A stretch of 64,000 bases of DNA, taken from the IMG/VR virus record IMGVR_UViG_3300042383_000245, positions 1,287 through 65,286 of that record. One strand, written 5' to 3'. The stretch's first letter is position 1, and each line of letters opens with the position of its first letter. The DNA is from a virus (lineage: Duplodnaviria > Caudoviricetes). Shown here piece after piece: positions 8,688 through 19,176 of this stretch. Position numbers and translations under genes: made by a program. The notes beneath the pieces were generated by a model. That model saw nothing but the letters and a program-made list of their open reading frames with translations. It made no database searches and was not told the DNA's origin.

Positions 8688-11600
8688 TCTTCCTCTTCAA
8701 CAACCTCAGCGCGTTTCTTTATCTTCTTGTTGATCTGGCCAACAATGTAGGCCACGTCAGCAGGAAGCAAGCCGCCATAGTACCCGGTCATGATCGCAGC
8801 GTTGATACGTGCCATGTCGGCATCACCTTCAAGAATCTGCTTTTCACGCTTGGTGCCATAGCTCTCTTCTTTAAATGTGCCATCGATGGCCATGTCGTAG
8901 TAGTCGGCAAGCTCCAAGGCTTTCTCAAGCGCGATACCCTGTGTACCCAACATATCTAGGTAACCTTGGTTCTCCTTGTCGTACAGTCTGAACTTAACAC
9001 GATCGTCCTCTATGCCAAACCAGTCAGCTGGAATTTCGCTAGACAAATTTGTTTCATCAAGAATGTAGTTGATTCCCTTGCTAGCAAGTAGGTCAGCTCC
9101 AGGAATCGGCGGAACAAAGAAGTCCTTCATGAAGTTCTGCGCTGTGTATGCAGACCTGCGGAGAATCATCTTCTTCTTCTCTTCTTCCCTGTCGTCCTCG
9201 TCGTCCTCTCCAGACACGGCGGCAAGTATGTTCATTGCAACTTCCCAAAGCATTGAGTTTGCTGCGTAGCTGATTGCAGAGAACGCTCCAAGCTCTACAA
9301 GAGCACCGGCCAATGACAACGCAGCTTCCTGCCTGTCTTCAGTTGTGGTAACAGCTTTGTTTGACAAAGTGCGAACATCGGCCCAGATACGTGTCTTTTG
9401 GTTAAGCACAAACGTCATCAATGGGAAGATCGCTCTTCTCAAGAATGCCTTTGCAGGATCCTTGCTGGCCATGAACTCGCCCTGCATGTCAGAGTCACTG
9501 ATGTTCTGTTGAGAGTCAACCATCATCTGTGCATAGTCAGCAGCTTTCTTGTTTACTTCGTGGGTGTTCCAGTTGATGCCGGATGTCTTGATGCCCTCTT
9601 TCTTGAGGCCCTTCTTGTAGAAAGACAACCAAGATGAACGAGCAGTCATGATGTCTGGATACTTAAGAGTAAGCTCAAGCATCAAGTTACTGTATGCAGC
9701 AACGCCATCAACACCACGCAACAATAAGTTCTTTTCAGCCTCAACCAACTGGCGGTTGATAGACTTCAATTCACCCTGTGAGCTAATGCCACGGTTGGCG
9801 ATTGGATAACCGGTTCTGTCGATGAACGAGAAACCACCCACCATCAATGTGCCAAGGTCAAGTCTTCCAGTCTGAACGAGCGTGTTGAACAATGGAGGAA
9901 TAGACTGCTTGAACGGCTGTGACAAACTGAATAATGCCTTTGCGGTACCAAACGACGCAACTGCGTTGACCAATCTGTTAAGAGTCTTGAGTTCGCTTTG
10001 GTCTACATAACCTTGGCCCTTGGCCCTGTTTACATAAGACACCAAACGCTTCTTGTACACGTTCTTGTCTTCCTTGCTAGCGAACAGCTTGCTGAAGTCT
10101 TTAGACGTTACAAAGCCTTTCATCTGCATAACAGACCCGGCAGTCTCTACGTCAACCATGGCATTTGTCAATGCGTTCACGTTGTTAACGTCGAAGTCCA
10201 AGTTAACGATACGAGTCTTGACACCGTTCTTGTTCTGTGGCAAGTTCTTGATACGCTTGTTTTCTTTCAGCGATCCAGACTTTTCGGTGCTAACGTTCTC
10301 AAAGTTTCCAAAGAAACCAGAGTCGAAGTCTTCTTCGGCGGCTGGCGATACCTCTTTTAATTGGAATCTGTCAGGGGTAAAGTTGCTGTCTCTTGACAAC
10401 AGAGTGTTGTACACGTTTCTAGACACCTCGTCCATGCGGTCGTAGTGCTTGGACCACTCGTTCACCCACCAGTCAACAGCTTTCTTGTTAACTTCGCTAA
10501 CATTTGCACGTACCTCTTTGGCGTTATTAGCGTCTTTTAGGATCTTGTTGTAGACCTTCTCTACCACTTCGCCCTTCTTTATTTCGGCGTCTGTGCTGTT
10601 TTCTGGGTCTTTTAGCGCCTGTATTGTTTCCTCAATGAGTGATTTGCGCCTATTAAACTCGTCTTGCGCCTGGAATTCATCTCCAATAACTGTTCTTGAA
10701 ACAAATGCAAGCATTCCGCGTTCAACAACATTCTCGCTTGACAAGAAACCTTTAACCTTTGAGAACGTAGCAACATACTCTTTAACAGCCTTCTCGACGA
10801 TCTTGATGGCCTTTGCCTTACCGTTTGACACTCCGGTCACTCCAGATGCTTCGGATACTTCTAAGGCCCTGCTAGTGCTTCCCCACATCAACTTATTAAG
10901 CATTGGCAACGACGCGATCTGTTCTGCCCAAATTCTACCTGCTCCTTTAGAGAAGTACTTCTTAAACGGAATAGACTTGAACCCTTTCTTTGCAAGCTTC
11001 TCTGCGTTGAGAGATCCTTCGTACAGATCAACCATGCCAACAATACCAGAGGTAACGCCATTGGCAATGAAGTTGTTCGCATACTCAAGTGCCTTAACGG
11101 CCTCTGCAAGTGATAAGTTATCAAGGTCCATCTTGGCAAGCTTGACGATGGCCGACTTTTCGTCTTGTGTTAGATCGATCGGATCGCCAGTGAATGGGTC
11201 TTCGCCTGTTCTTGCGATCTGAAGTAGAATTGGAGATACCTCGTCCATCATTTGCTTGACAGCGGCCTTCGCCTCTTTTGCTTTGGCTTCTGACTCGTCT
11301 TCGTTCTCTTCGATGGCGGCAACTACTTTTTTGATTTCGTTGATGGTCATCTTACTGTCCAACACACCAGCATCCACCAAGTCTTGGTACTTGCTCAAAA
11401 TTTCATTCTTGATCTGCTCCCTCTGTGCTTGAATCTCCTTGTCGATGTAAGAAACCATGTCGGTCATGTTTACCAATGAACGCATCTTAACGTCACCTGT
11501 CTTACGAGACACAGACTTAAGGATTTGCTCAGCATTGTTGAGATAGTCGTCGATGTTTTCTACACGCGATGGATCGATCTCTGCAAAAGTCTTTGCAAGC

Positions 11601-14600
11601 TTTGAGCTTTCGGCTTGGTTGTCAGGATTCTTTGCAGCCTTTCTGATGGTCTTACGAAGCTTTGTAGCCTCTTTCACCTTGTCAGCATACTCAGCGCTCT
11701 GGAATACGTTGGCCATGTAGTCAACGAACCTGTCACGCATGTCTGGATTCAAGATGTTCATGCGGTCGTATCTAGCCAAAATGGTGCTTGCTTGCTTGGC
11801 AGAAATAACACCACGGCCAGCCATGCCACGAAGTGTATTTGAGATTTGCATTCTTAACTGCTTAACAAACGCAACGGCGTCTTTAGCAGCCTTGGCCTCT
11901 AGTTTGATTTGGTCCTTAAGGGCAGTCTTCTCATTTACGGTCACCTTCTTGGTGTCTTTGATCTGACCTAGGATCTTGTCTACAGACGGAGCTACTTTAA
12001 ATTTCTCTCCGCGAAGCTTTACAAAGTCACGGATGATCTGCTCACGCTGTGAGTCGTCGGCTCTTTCGTAAACAGCTGACTTCTGAATGTAGCCAACTGC
12101 ATTTGCTGTGGCCTGGTTGTATGAGCCAGTACGGTTCATGGTCTTTTCCAATATGCCTTCAACCTCACCCATCATACGCTCGTATCCAGGGATGGTGTTC
12201 ACCACAACCTTCTGAGACTTGGTAGTAACAGTAGGCTTTGCCTTCTCGATCAGCATGATCTTGTTGCTTGTATATGGCGACAACGTGAACTTACCACTAT
12301 CGAATCTTCCGAAGTCGTTTGGAGATTCATATGAAAGAGTATTGCCATCAACAGCTACAACAGTGGCGTATCTTCCATACAAGAATATCTCGTCACCTAC
12401 CTCGTATGTAGGTTCTGGGATCTGCTTGAAGCCAGTGTACTCTGCCTCAGGCTTTAAAGCCTTAGTAGTCTGTGCACGGTAACTCTTAGGTCCTCCCCAG
12501 TTGGTGACTAGCATGTCGTAACCGTTCTCTGCGGCGACTTTGGTCACCCAAGCAGCCGAGTTGTTTGCGTCAAACGCATACTTTGTTGGCCTGTCTTCGT
12601 TACCACGGTTTCTGTACGCTTGGAATCTTTGTCTTGCCTCTTCCTCGAAACCTTCTGGATCGTGAGATACGGTTCCTTTTTCTGTGCTTCCGTAGAAGTA
12701 TACCTTGTCTTTTGGAACTAAAACTGTGTGTGGAACATTCCCAACACCACTTTCTACTTGACCTTGCTTTGTATAGTACATCGCAACACCACCAACTGCA
12801 GAAATAGCGGATACCTCTTCGCGACTCGTGAAGTTCTTCTTAGAACCAGACATCGGCTTGATGGTGTCTCTAAGCTCGTCAGAGTAGTGAACGAACACGT
12901 AGTTGCCTTTACCATCGTCGGTCAATACCTCGTCAACAACTGTTGGTACGTTCTTCTGTGAGCGTGACTTAACTACTATCTCTTTGTCAGAAGCAATACG
13001 GCCCATTCCCATTCCCATTTGGGCTAATCCCAACTTGGCATTTGACGCCTTCTCTCCAGACATAGTTGTAATAGCCTCAACAGCTTTTGGCCTGTAGTTG
13101 AACACCTTTAATACTGGTGGCTTACCGCTCTTTGTTACAATAGAAAAAGGATAGCTTGGATGTTGGTCGTCTTTTTTTACTACAACGTCTTCATCCACCT
13201 CAACAATGGCGTATGCATTTCCAGAGTCCAATCCAATCAACAAGCGCTCGGTTAAAACTGTACCTATTTGCTGGCGAATTCCGCCCTTAGAGAACTGAAT
13301 ATTTTTAGTAGCCCCTAAAGCTTTTTGTATTTCTTTAATGTTTTTATTAGCAGATTCTAGCTTACCAATTTCATTTACTAGCGTGCTAAAAAAATCTCCA
13401 CGCTTAGCAAATGTAGAATCAGACACATTCATGAACTTGTCTTCAATGTCTTTTTGAATTTGCTTAGCAGAATTATTTCCAGAAAAGTCAATATTATAGG
13501 CTTTCCCTGCAGAAGTTAAAGCTTTTCTAAAGTCAGAAGTAGAAATAAGATTGTCAAATACAAGCTCCTCCAAAATACGCATAGCGGCTTTTACTCCTTG
13601 AACAGAGCTAATCATTTTGTCTTGGCTTCCACGAACCAAAACCATACGCCCAATACCGTCTGTAGATTCTTTGCGTGATTTATTTATGTAGTTGGCAAGA
13701 GTTTTAGCGCTGTTTTGTTTTCCAGATGCCCATACATTACCAAACTTAAGTACATAATAAATCCCTCCATTCCCCTCCATGATCTTCTTCCCTTTGTAAT
13801 TAACGTTTCCTACAAGCAAATTATCTGGTTGGTGAGTTGCCACTGGCTGACCAGCCGCTTCATCTATAGATGCATTTTGAACCACCAACTTGCGATCAAC
13901 CAAGTCTTGGAACGCGGCGTCGTCCTCAAAGTATTGAATATCAAAGTCGCCTATCTTCTGGCTTCTATTTGAAAATACTTTTTTGGTATCTTTAATTTCC
14001 TGAGTGTTTTTTTCCCTAAAGAAAGTAGACACATCCTCGCCTTTTGCCACCTTGTTAGAGATGGTAATCATGAAACCAAGGATATCGTCTGGAGTTGCTT
14101 CGTCCAAGAACTGCTTCTTGCCGGTGAACAACTGAGCGAACTTGTTGATCACGTCTCCGATCTTCTGTAGCAATGACTTCTGCTTGGCGTCTAGTGATCC
14201 TTTCTTAAATCCATCAGCAACCAACATGCCACCGAGCTCAGCCATGTACTCAGAGTACTTGACGTCTTCGTAGCCCCTTTGGTTAGAGAACTTAGTTAAA
14301 GCGTCTGCGATCTCTCCATAGCCATTCAATCGTAGCTGACGGTCTATCTCATCTCTGAACTCTTTAAACTTCGCCTGATCGTCTCCAAATGCGTCATTGA
14401 GCATGGTTTCCCAAATCTCGTGTCCAATGGTAATAGTGTCAGCCTGCGACTTGTCAAGAACGATGGCGAATGGCTTACCGTTGACGAATACCGTTTGACC
14501 GCGAGTCTCTGTTGTAAATCCTTCCGCCACGTCAGCAGCTCGATCTGGAGCGACACCAGACAATGCCTCGGCGATCTGAAGCTGGGCGTCTTCTGTGTTC

Positions 14601-17044
14601 TCGGCTACGATGATCTTAAGATCAGGAGCAACGACTTTTAAAGACTGGGCAGAGTTGGCTACGGCTTGGTCAAATTCAGATTGTTGCTGTACAGGGTATG
14701 CTTCTTGTACTTGTGGTATAAATTGATCCCTATAAGCCATAGCTTGATCGTAGTCGTCAAACTTTTGCTCTTGAATATCAAGTTTGTTTTCGGGGTCATA
14801 AACCATGGCCACAACATCTGGTGTACCATGCTTCTCCTTGTTCCACCCCTCTGGAGCGTACTCCTCGTTGAACGGAACTCTAGAAACCACTCTAAATCCG
14901 GCTTTCTCGTAGATGGGCGTAAGGTAGTTGTCGAAGTTATCCAACTTGATACCTCCAGCATCAATAGCTTTTTGAAGAAGTTTTTGTGCAACTCCTTTTG
15001 CTTTTGATCCGATCTTCTTGAATAGACCCTTGATGTCTCCTTCTTTTGAAACCACAACCCCCCCATCTTCGTCTGAAATAACAGTGCCTTCTTTTGCCGC
15101 TTCTTCGGTTACCGAATCAACAGACCAGTATTGCTCTGGATCAGACTGTTTGGTTTCTTGTAAGTCAGCAATGTACTGAGCTACTTCTTCTTGGGCTTGA
15201 CCTTCTTCGGTAACGACTTCAGGTTCTGCTTGGGGTTCTCCTTGCGCCACTTCTCCGCTAACTGCGGCTCCTGGCTGTACAGGTACTTCACTTGTTGTTT
15301 GCTCTTGAATGGCATATGTTTTTAGCTTGTTAAGTTTTTGTGCTAATACTTGACCGAGAATCTTTTTTTCTTCTGGACTCTCAGCTGCGTTGTACTCATC
15401 TTTAACTTGTCCTACCTCATCCAATGCGTCGTAGGCTTCTTGTTTTTTATCATCTGGCAACGAGTCGAACACAGGGAAGAACTTCTCGTATGCAGAGTAC
15501 TTCTTGTCTCTTTCTTCGGCAATTCTTTTGTCGTACTCGTCCTTGGCAGTTTGACTAACAGCCTCTTCCTTTAACTTTCTGTATTGATTGATTTTTTTAG
15601 AAGAGTCAGCAATTTCTGGATTTACAATTGTAGCAATATCGCTCTTCAACTTCAGGTTGGCATCAGTCTCAATACGCTTTATGTACTTCTTCTCTGCTGC
15701 TGTCTTTGCCTTTTCTCCAAGATAATTGATCGCCGCTGGTGGAATAGCGCTAACAGGCTCAGCAATCATTTCATATGCAATTTGACGAGCGTCTAATTTG
15801 CCATCAGCAATTAATTGAGCAGTAGTTTCTCCGGCACCTCCAAGAGCTGCCTGTACTGCTGTTTCTTTTGCGCCAGCCTTAATCACTTCTTTTGTGGTCG
15901 CCTTGGCCGCTGTCTTAAACAACTTACCTGCAAGACCACCAGACACTGCGTCAAAAACAGCAACTGGAACACCACGTTTAAGAGCGTAAGACTTGGCCTC
16001 GCTAATTTTTTCTGGATTTGAAAATGCTTCTTTTAATTGATCTTCACTTGTAATGTCAACTCCAGCATCTCTTAGAGCTCCCATTAATGAGCTTGAATAT
16101 TCCAACGCCAAAGAAGTTGCTCCTGCATATCCAGCGGCAGCCCCCGGTGCTGCACCAAGGCCCAGTATTACAGAGCCCGTAACGGCTCCAGTAGCAGCCC
16201 CGGCCGCACCAGCCTCGTATGCGGCAGACATAGATATAATAGAAGATGCTAGTACGTTTGGTAGGTTCTTTAAAAATCCAACAACCCCACCTTCGTCTTC
16301 TATAGCGTTATCTTGTATCAGCTTGTTTAAGCTAGCTATTCTTTCAAAATCTATTTCGTCAATATTGTCATTCCGTCCAAGCTTGGCAATTTCGTCAGCC
16401 AATGTTCCAGCGGCTACAGACCCGTTTACAATTCTTTCAATATAGCTTGGAGCTGTTGGGCCTTCTACGGCCGCTAATACTTCTTTCGCATACTTCTTTG
16501 TTTCTGGCTTTTCTGTAATAATCCCAGCGGTAAACGCGTCACCTCCTGGAGACTTCTTAGTGAGAATTTCGCCAGCACGCTTTACGTCTTGTGCGAATGG
16601 GTTTTCTTGCACAGCTGGCGCATCTCCAATCACGGTTGTCTCTTGGACGGCGCCTCTGAAAGGCATCATCATCTCAAGATCCTTTTCGGTCAATTGTGCA
16701 GCAGGTGCTGCAGGGGCTACAGGTTGAGCAGGTTTACCCTTGACGTCATACCTTTTTCTTGCAGAAGGCGCCGGCGCCCCATCTGGGCCCATCGCTCCAG
16801 TAGCCGATGAAGTAGCTTGCTGACCTTGTTGAGAAGGAGAAGCCGATTCTTTTTTTTTTACTTGTGTAAAGTACTTGCCCTTAAAGTCGTTAAAAGATTT
16901 TGTGTACAAACCTTGGTCATACACGACTTGATACAACTTAGACATATTTTGCTCGTCAGAATATTTACTAACGAATTCATCGTATGATTTTGTGTAAAGA
17001 CCATTGTCTTTAACTACTGAATAAAGGTTTTCTATTTCTGGCAT
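8684..17044 (-). CDS. giant (2786 aa) internal virion / ejection protein, large polyvalent protein-like
   Basis: last gene of the morphogenesis operon after two other internal-protein-like genes; Gly/Ala hydrophobic N-terminal region; GNAT-like, zincin-like and ART-like segments by motif. Confidence 0.7.
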   Translation of the reverse strand: MPEIENLYSVVKDNGLYTKSYDEFVSKYSDEQNMSKLYQVVYDQGLYTKSFNDFKGKYFTQVKKKESASPSQQGQQATSSATGAMGPDGAPAPSARKRYDVKGKPAQPVAPAAPAAQLTEKDLEMMMPFRGAVQETTVIGDAPAVQENPFAQDVKRAGEILTKKSPGGDAFTAGIITEKPETKKYAKEVLAAVEGPTAPSYIERIVNGSVAAGTLADEIAKLGRNDNIDEIDFERIASLNKLIQDNAIEDEGGVVGFLKNLPNVLASSIISMSAAYEAGAAGAATGAVTGSVILGLGAAPGAAAGYAGATSLALEYSSSLMGALRDAGVDITSEDQLKEAFSNPEKISEAKSYALKRGVPVAVFDAVSGGLAGKLFKTAAKATTKEVIKAGAKETAVQAALGGAGETTAQLIADGKLDARQIAYEMIAEPVSAIPPAAINYLGEKAKTAAEKKYIKRIETDANLKLKSDIATIVNPEIADSSKKINQYRKLKEEAVSQTAKDEYDKRIAEERDKKYSAYEKFFPVFDSLPDDKKQEAYDALDEVGQVKDEYNAAESPEEKKILGQVLAQKLNKLKTYAIQEQTTSEVPVQPGAAVSGEVAQGEPQAEPEVVTEEGQAQEEVAQYIADLQETKQSDPEQYWSVDSVTEEAAKEGTVISDEDGGVVVSKEGDIKGLFKKIGSKAKGVAQKLLQKAIDAGGIKLDNFDNYLTPIYEKAGFRVVSRVPFNEEYAPEGWNKEKHGTPDVVAMVYDPENKLDIQEQKFDDYDQAMAYRDQFIPQVQEAYPVQQQSEFDQAVANSAQSLKVVAPDLKIIVAENTEDAQLQIAEALSGVAPDRAADVAEGFTTETRGQTVFVNGKPFAIVLDKSQADTITIGHEIWETMLNDAFGDDQAKFKEFRDEIDRQLRLNGYGEIADALTKFSNQRGYEDVKYSEYMAELGGMLVADGFKKGSLDAKQKSLLQKIGDVINKFAQLFTGKKQFLDEATPDDILGFMITISNKVAKGEDVSTFFREKNTQEIKDTKKVFSNRSQKIGDFDIQYFEDDAAFQDLVDRKLVVQNASIDEAAGQPVATHQPDNLLVGNVNYKGKKIMEGNGGIYYVLKFGNVWASGKQNSAKTLANYINKSRKESTDGIGRMVLVRGSQDKMISSVQGVKAAMRILEELVFDNLISTSDFRKALTSAGKAYNIDFSGNNSAKQIQKDIEDKFMNVSDSTFAKRGDFFSTLVNEIGKLESANKNIKEIQKALGATKNIQFSKGGIRQQIGTVLTERLLIGLDSGNAYAIVEVDEDVVVKKDDQHPSYPFSIVTKSGKPPVLKVFNYRPKAVEAITTMSGEKASNAKLGLAQMGMGMGRIASDKEIVVKSRSQKNVPTVVDEVLTDDGKGNYVFVHYSDELRDTIKPMSGSKKNFTSREEVSAISAVGGVAMYYTKQGQVESGVGNVPHTVLVPKDKVYFYGSTEKGTVSHDPEGFEEEARQRFQAYRNRGNEDRPTKYAFDANNSAAWVTKVAAENGYDMLVTNWGGPKSYRAQTTKALKPEAEYTGFKQIPEPTYEVGDEIFLYGRYATVVAVDGNTLSYESPNDFGRFDSGKFTLSPYTSNKIMLIEKAKPTVTTKSQKVVVNTIPGYERMMGEVEGILEKTMNRTGSYNQATANAVGYIQKSAVYERADDSQREQIIRDFVKLRGEKFKVAPSVDKILGQIKDTKKVTVNEKTALKDQIKLEAKAAKDAVAFVKQLRMQISNTLRGMAGRGVISAKQASTILARYDRMNILNPDMRDRFVDYMANVFQSAEYADKVKEATKLRKTIRKAAKNPDNQAESSKLAKTFAEIDPSRVENIDDYLNNAEQILKSVSRKTGDVKMRSLVNMTDMVSYIDKEIQAQREQIKNEILSKYQDLVDAGVLDSKMTINEIKKVVAAIEENEDESEAKAKEAKAAVKQMMDEVSPILLQIARTGEDPFTGDPIDLTQDEKSAIVKLAKMDLDNLSLAEAVKALEYANNFIANGVTSGIVGMVDLYEGSLNAEKLAKKGFKSIPFKKYFSKGAGRIWAEQIASLPMLNKLMWGSTSRALEVSEASGVTGVSNGKAKAIKIVEKAVKEYVATFSKVKGFLSSENVVERGMLAFVSRTVIGDEFQAQDEFNRRKSLIEETIQALKDPENSTDAEIKKGEVVEKVYNKILKDANNAKEVRANVSEVNKKAVDWWVNEWSKHYDRMDEVSRNVYNTLLSRDSNFTPDRFQLKEVSPAAEEDFDSGFFGNFENVSTEKSGSLKENKRIKNLPQNKNGVKTRIVNLDFDVNNVNALTNAMVDVETAGSVMQMKGFVTSKDFSKLFASKEDKNVYKKRLVSYVNRAKGQGYVDQSELKTLNRLVNAVASFGTAKALFSLSQPFKQSIPPLFNTLVQTGRLDLGTLMVGGFSFIDRTGYPIANRGISSQGELKSINRQLVEAEKNLLLRGVDGVAAYSNLMLELTLKYPDIMTARSSWLSFYKKGLKKEGIKTSGINWNTHEVNKKAADYAQMMVDSQQNISDSDMQGEFMASKDPAKAFLRRAIFPLMTFVLNQKTRIWADVRTLSNKAVTTTEDRQEAALSLAGALVELGAFSAISYAANSMLWEVAMNILAAVSGEDDEDDREEEKKKMILRRSAYTAQNFMKDFFVPPIPGADLLASKGINYILDETNLSSEIPADWFGIEDDRVKFRLYDKENQGYLDMLGTQGIALEKALELADYYDMAIDGTFKEESYGTKREKQILEGDADMARINAAIMTGYYGGLLPADVAYIVGQINKKIKKRAEVVEEED
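15181..15315 (-). CDS. nested out-of-frame small basic protein (MPFKSKQQVKYLYSQEPQLAEKWRKENPKQNLKSLPKKVKPKKK)
   Basis: complete ATG..TAG ORF in an alternative frame of the giant gene; A-rich upstream sequence; resembles free-standing phage MPFKS..Q..Y....P..A..W proteins. Confidence 0.55.
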   Translation of the reverse strand: MPFKSKQQVKYLYSQEPQLAEKWRKENPKQNLKSLPKKVKPKKK

Positions 17045-17045
17045 A

Positions 17046-18428
17046 TTAGTCTAAGACCCCTCTTTTAGTGGTGTTTTGATTGTTAAAAAATGCTTGTTCA
17101 TAGCTTATTGATTGCCCGGGAGTGAGAGTCGCATTAAGCAAATCGTTAATTAACCTTTTTGCATCGTCTCCAGAACGCGTCAATGGTTCCCTAATAGTTT
17201 TCGTCTTTCCTGTTTTAGGGTCAACAAAATCATATTCTACATCAACTTCAATTCCCTTTAGTGGATTTCTATTTTTGTCCGTACCTTCTAAAGGCTTAAC
17301 AGATACAACTTGAACGTCTTTGTTGTTTATTTTTAATGGCTGGTTGAGTATATATTGTCTGTATGAGTCTGGATCATTGTATATTCTATTGACCAGCTCT
17401 CTTCTGTTGTTTACGTTGACATCTCCTCCGCCCCCACTTCCTGATCCAGAAGTGCTACTTGACGCTCTTTCGACCGGTCTTGGCTGTTCTTTTTCTACGT
17501 CAACTCTAGAGTCAACCAATCTATCCAACACGGCTCTTGCCTCGTCTTCTTGAGCCTTGGTTAGCCTTGGAGTTACGATACCATTTGGTCCTGCAACTAA
17601 CTGTATAGCCTTGCCTCCGGCTGCTTCGATTTCTTTCTTCTGCTGCGGTGTCTCGTAGAACTCGTATCCACCAACATAGTCAGCCAAAATACTAGCAGCT
17701 CCGCGTGGGCTCTGCATTAACGACTTGGTGAAGTTTGCCTTTGCTTTCTGATACTCGTTAGCATCTTTTAAAATAGGAGACGTAGTCCATATTCCGTTGA
17801 CATACTTAGACGTTTCTCCAAGTCCCTTAGTAAACCTTTCTACTTCAGAAATAACATCTAATCTTTCTGGCGTCTGGTTCTCTGGAATAAGCATTGACTT
17901 GAAGTCTACAACCATTCCGGTATCTGGATCTGTCATTACAACACCATTGGTGCTAGGATCTACAACCAATTGCTTGTTAGCAACGTCAGCAAGCTTTGAC
18001 TGTTTGTCTAAAAAGAACTCGCCAAGCTTTGACGCTTTTGGGTCGTTCAAGTACTCAATCTGCTTTGCGATGATGTCGTTGTAAGACTTTGAGAATTCAC
18101 CCAAGTACTTCCAGTCTTCAGACATTCTGCCTACACGAGCCTTGTACTCTGTTGGTGTGATCTGTCCGTTCATCAACTGCTTCTTCAAGTCCAACGTGGT
18201 GCTACGAACGCGATCGGCTCCGTTAAGGATCAATTCGTTGAAACTACCAGATTGACCGGGCTTGTATTCTTTAGACGCAGTTACTAGATCGTCTGCTGAT
18301 TTCTCGAGAGATTCTCTTTGTTTCTGTCTGTCTGTTTCAATGGCGTCAATATCCGTGATGGCACCCTGTGCGATCTTGAGCCAATTTACTGGTTCGGGCC
18401 TGCCTTGGTATCCTAAGTATTCTGCCAT
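17046..18428 (-). CDS. putative internal virion (ejection) protein
   Basis: 460 aa helical protein in the ejection-protein position. Confidence 0.55.
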   Translation of the reverse strand: MAEYLGYQGRPEPVNWLKIAQGAITDIDAIETDRQKQRESLEKSADDLVTASKEYKPGQSGSFNELILNGADRVRSTTLDLKKQLMNGQITPTEYKARVGRMSEDWKYLGEFSKSYNDIIAKQIEYLNDPKASKLGEFFLDKQSKLADVANKQLVVDPSTNGVVMTDPDTGMVVDFKSMLIPENQTPERLDVISEVERFTKGLGETSKYVNGIWTTSPILKDANEYQKAKANFTKSLMQSPRGAASILADYVGGYEFYETPQQKKEIEAAGGKAIQLVAGPNGIVTPRLTKAQEDEARAVLDRLVDSRVDVEKEQPRPVERASSSTSGSGSGGGGDVNVNNRRELVNRIYNDPDSYRQYILNQPLKINNKDVQVVSVKPLEGTDKNRNPLKGIEVDVEYDFVDPKTGKTKTIREPLTRSGDDAKRLINDLLNATLTPGQSISYEQAFFNNQNTTKRGVLD

Positions 18429-18431
18429 GTC

Positions 18432-19175
18432 TTAAAATATTGGGCTAAACGTGCCGTCTGGATTCATCTTCATGTTGAAGGCTGTCAATGGCTTTTGTCC
18501 GCCAGCAACACCAGAAGGTGTCATCAATCCTGCAGCAGGAGAAAACGTTGGCTTTGGTGCAGCAGGTACGGTAGTCTTTAGGCCCATTCTGTTAATTCCA
18601 CTCAAGTCTGGAGCTGACCGTTGTGCGTCATACAATGGCTTCCCCTCTAGGTATTGGCCATATCCAAGCTGAAGAGCGCCAAGTCCAGCTCCAATTGCTT
18701 GGTTAGCAATTTGCCTGTTCTCAGATGCTGCCAGCTGTGCTCCCTCTAGCTCTCCTGTTGCAATGCCAACTTCTCTACCAACTTTACGTCCCTCGATTTG
18801 TTGACGAGTTTGTGCACGCATCAAGTCTCTTTGGTATTCTTGGTTCTGAAGATCTGCGCCTAATTCCAAGTTTGCTTGGTTTGATTGTTGTGTAAGTGTA
18901 GGAAGACCGCCGATAACGCCAGCCGCACCTGCTCCCTGCAAGGCCTCTACACCGGTAGCTACTTGTTGTTGTACGCCTTCTTGTGCTAGGTCGTATCCCA
19001 TGGTTGGAACCTGTAGACCAGCCGAATAATCTGTTTCTGAAATGTTACGAAGCTTAGCCGCTGCGTCTTTTGCGGCGAAATCTGCTTCTTTTCGACGCTT
19101 ATTTGCGGCGATTGCCTGCCCAGCACTTGCTGCGGCGGAAGCTCCTGCAATTATCAATGATGTTGTTGCTGCCAT
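18432..19175 (-). CDS. putative internal virion protein (Ala/Gly/Gln-rich)
   Basis: hydrophobic Ala-rich N-terminus and Gln-rich helices typical of pilot/ejection proteins; follows an acetyltransferase-like gene. Confidence 0.6.
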   Translation of the reverse strand: MAATTSLIIAGASAAASAGQAIAANKRRKEADFAAKDAAAKLRNISETDYSAGLQVPTMGYDLAQEGVQQQVATGVEALQGAGAAGVIGGLPTLTQQSNQANLELGADLQNQEYQRDLMRAQTRQQIEGRKVGREVGIATGELEGAQLAASENRQIANQAIGAGLGALQLGYGQYLEGKPLYDAQRSAPDLSGINRMGLKTTVPAAPKPTFSPAAGLMTPSGVAGGQKPLTAFNMKMNPDGTFSPIF

Positions 19176-19176
19176 T

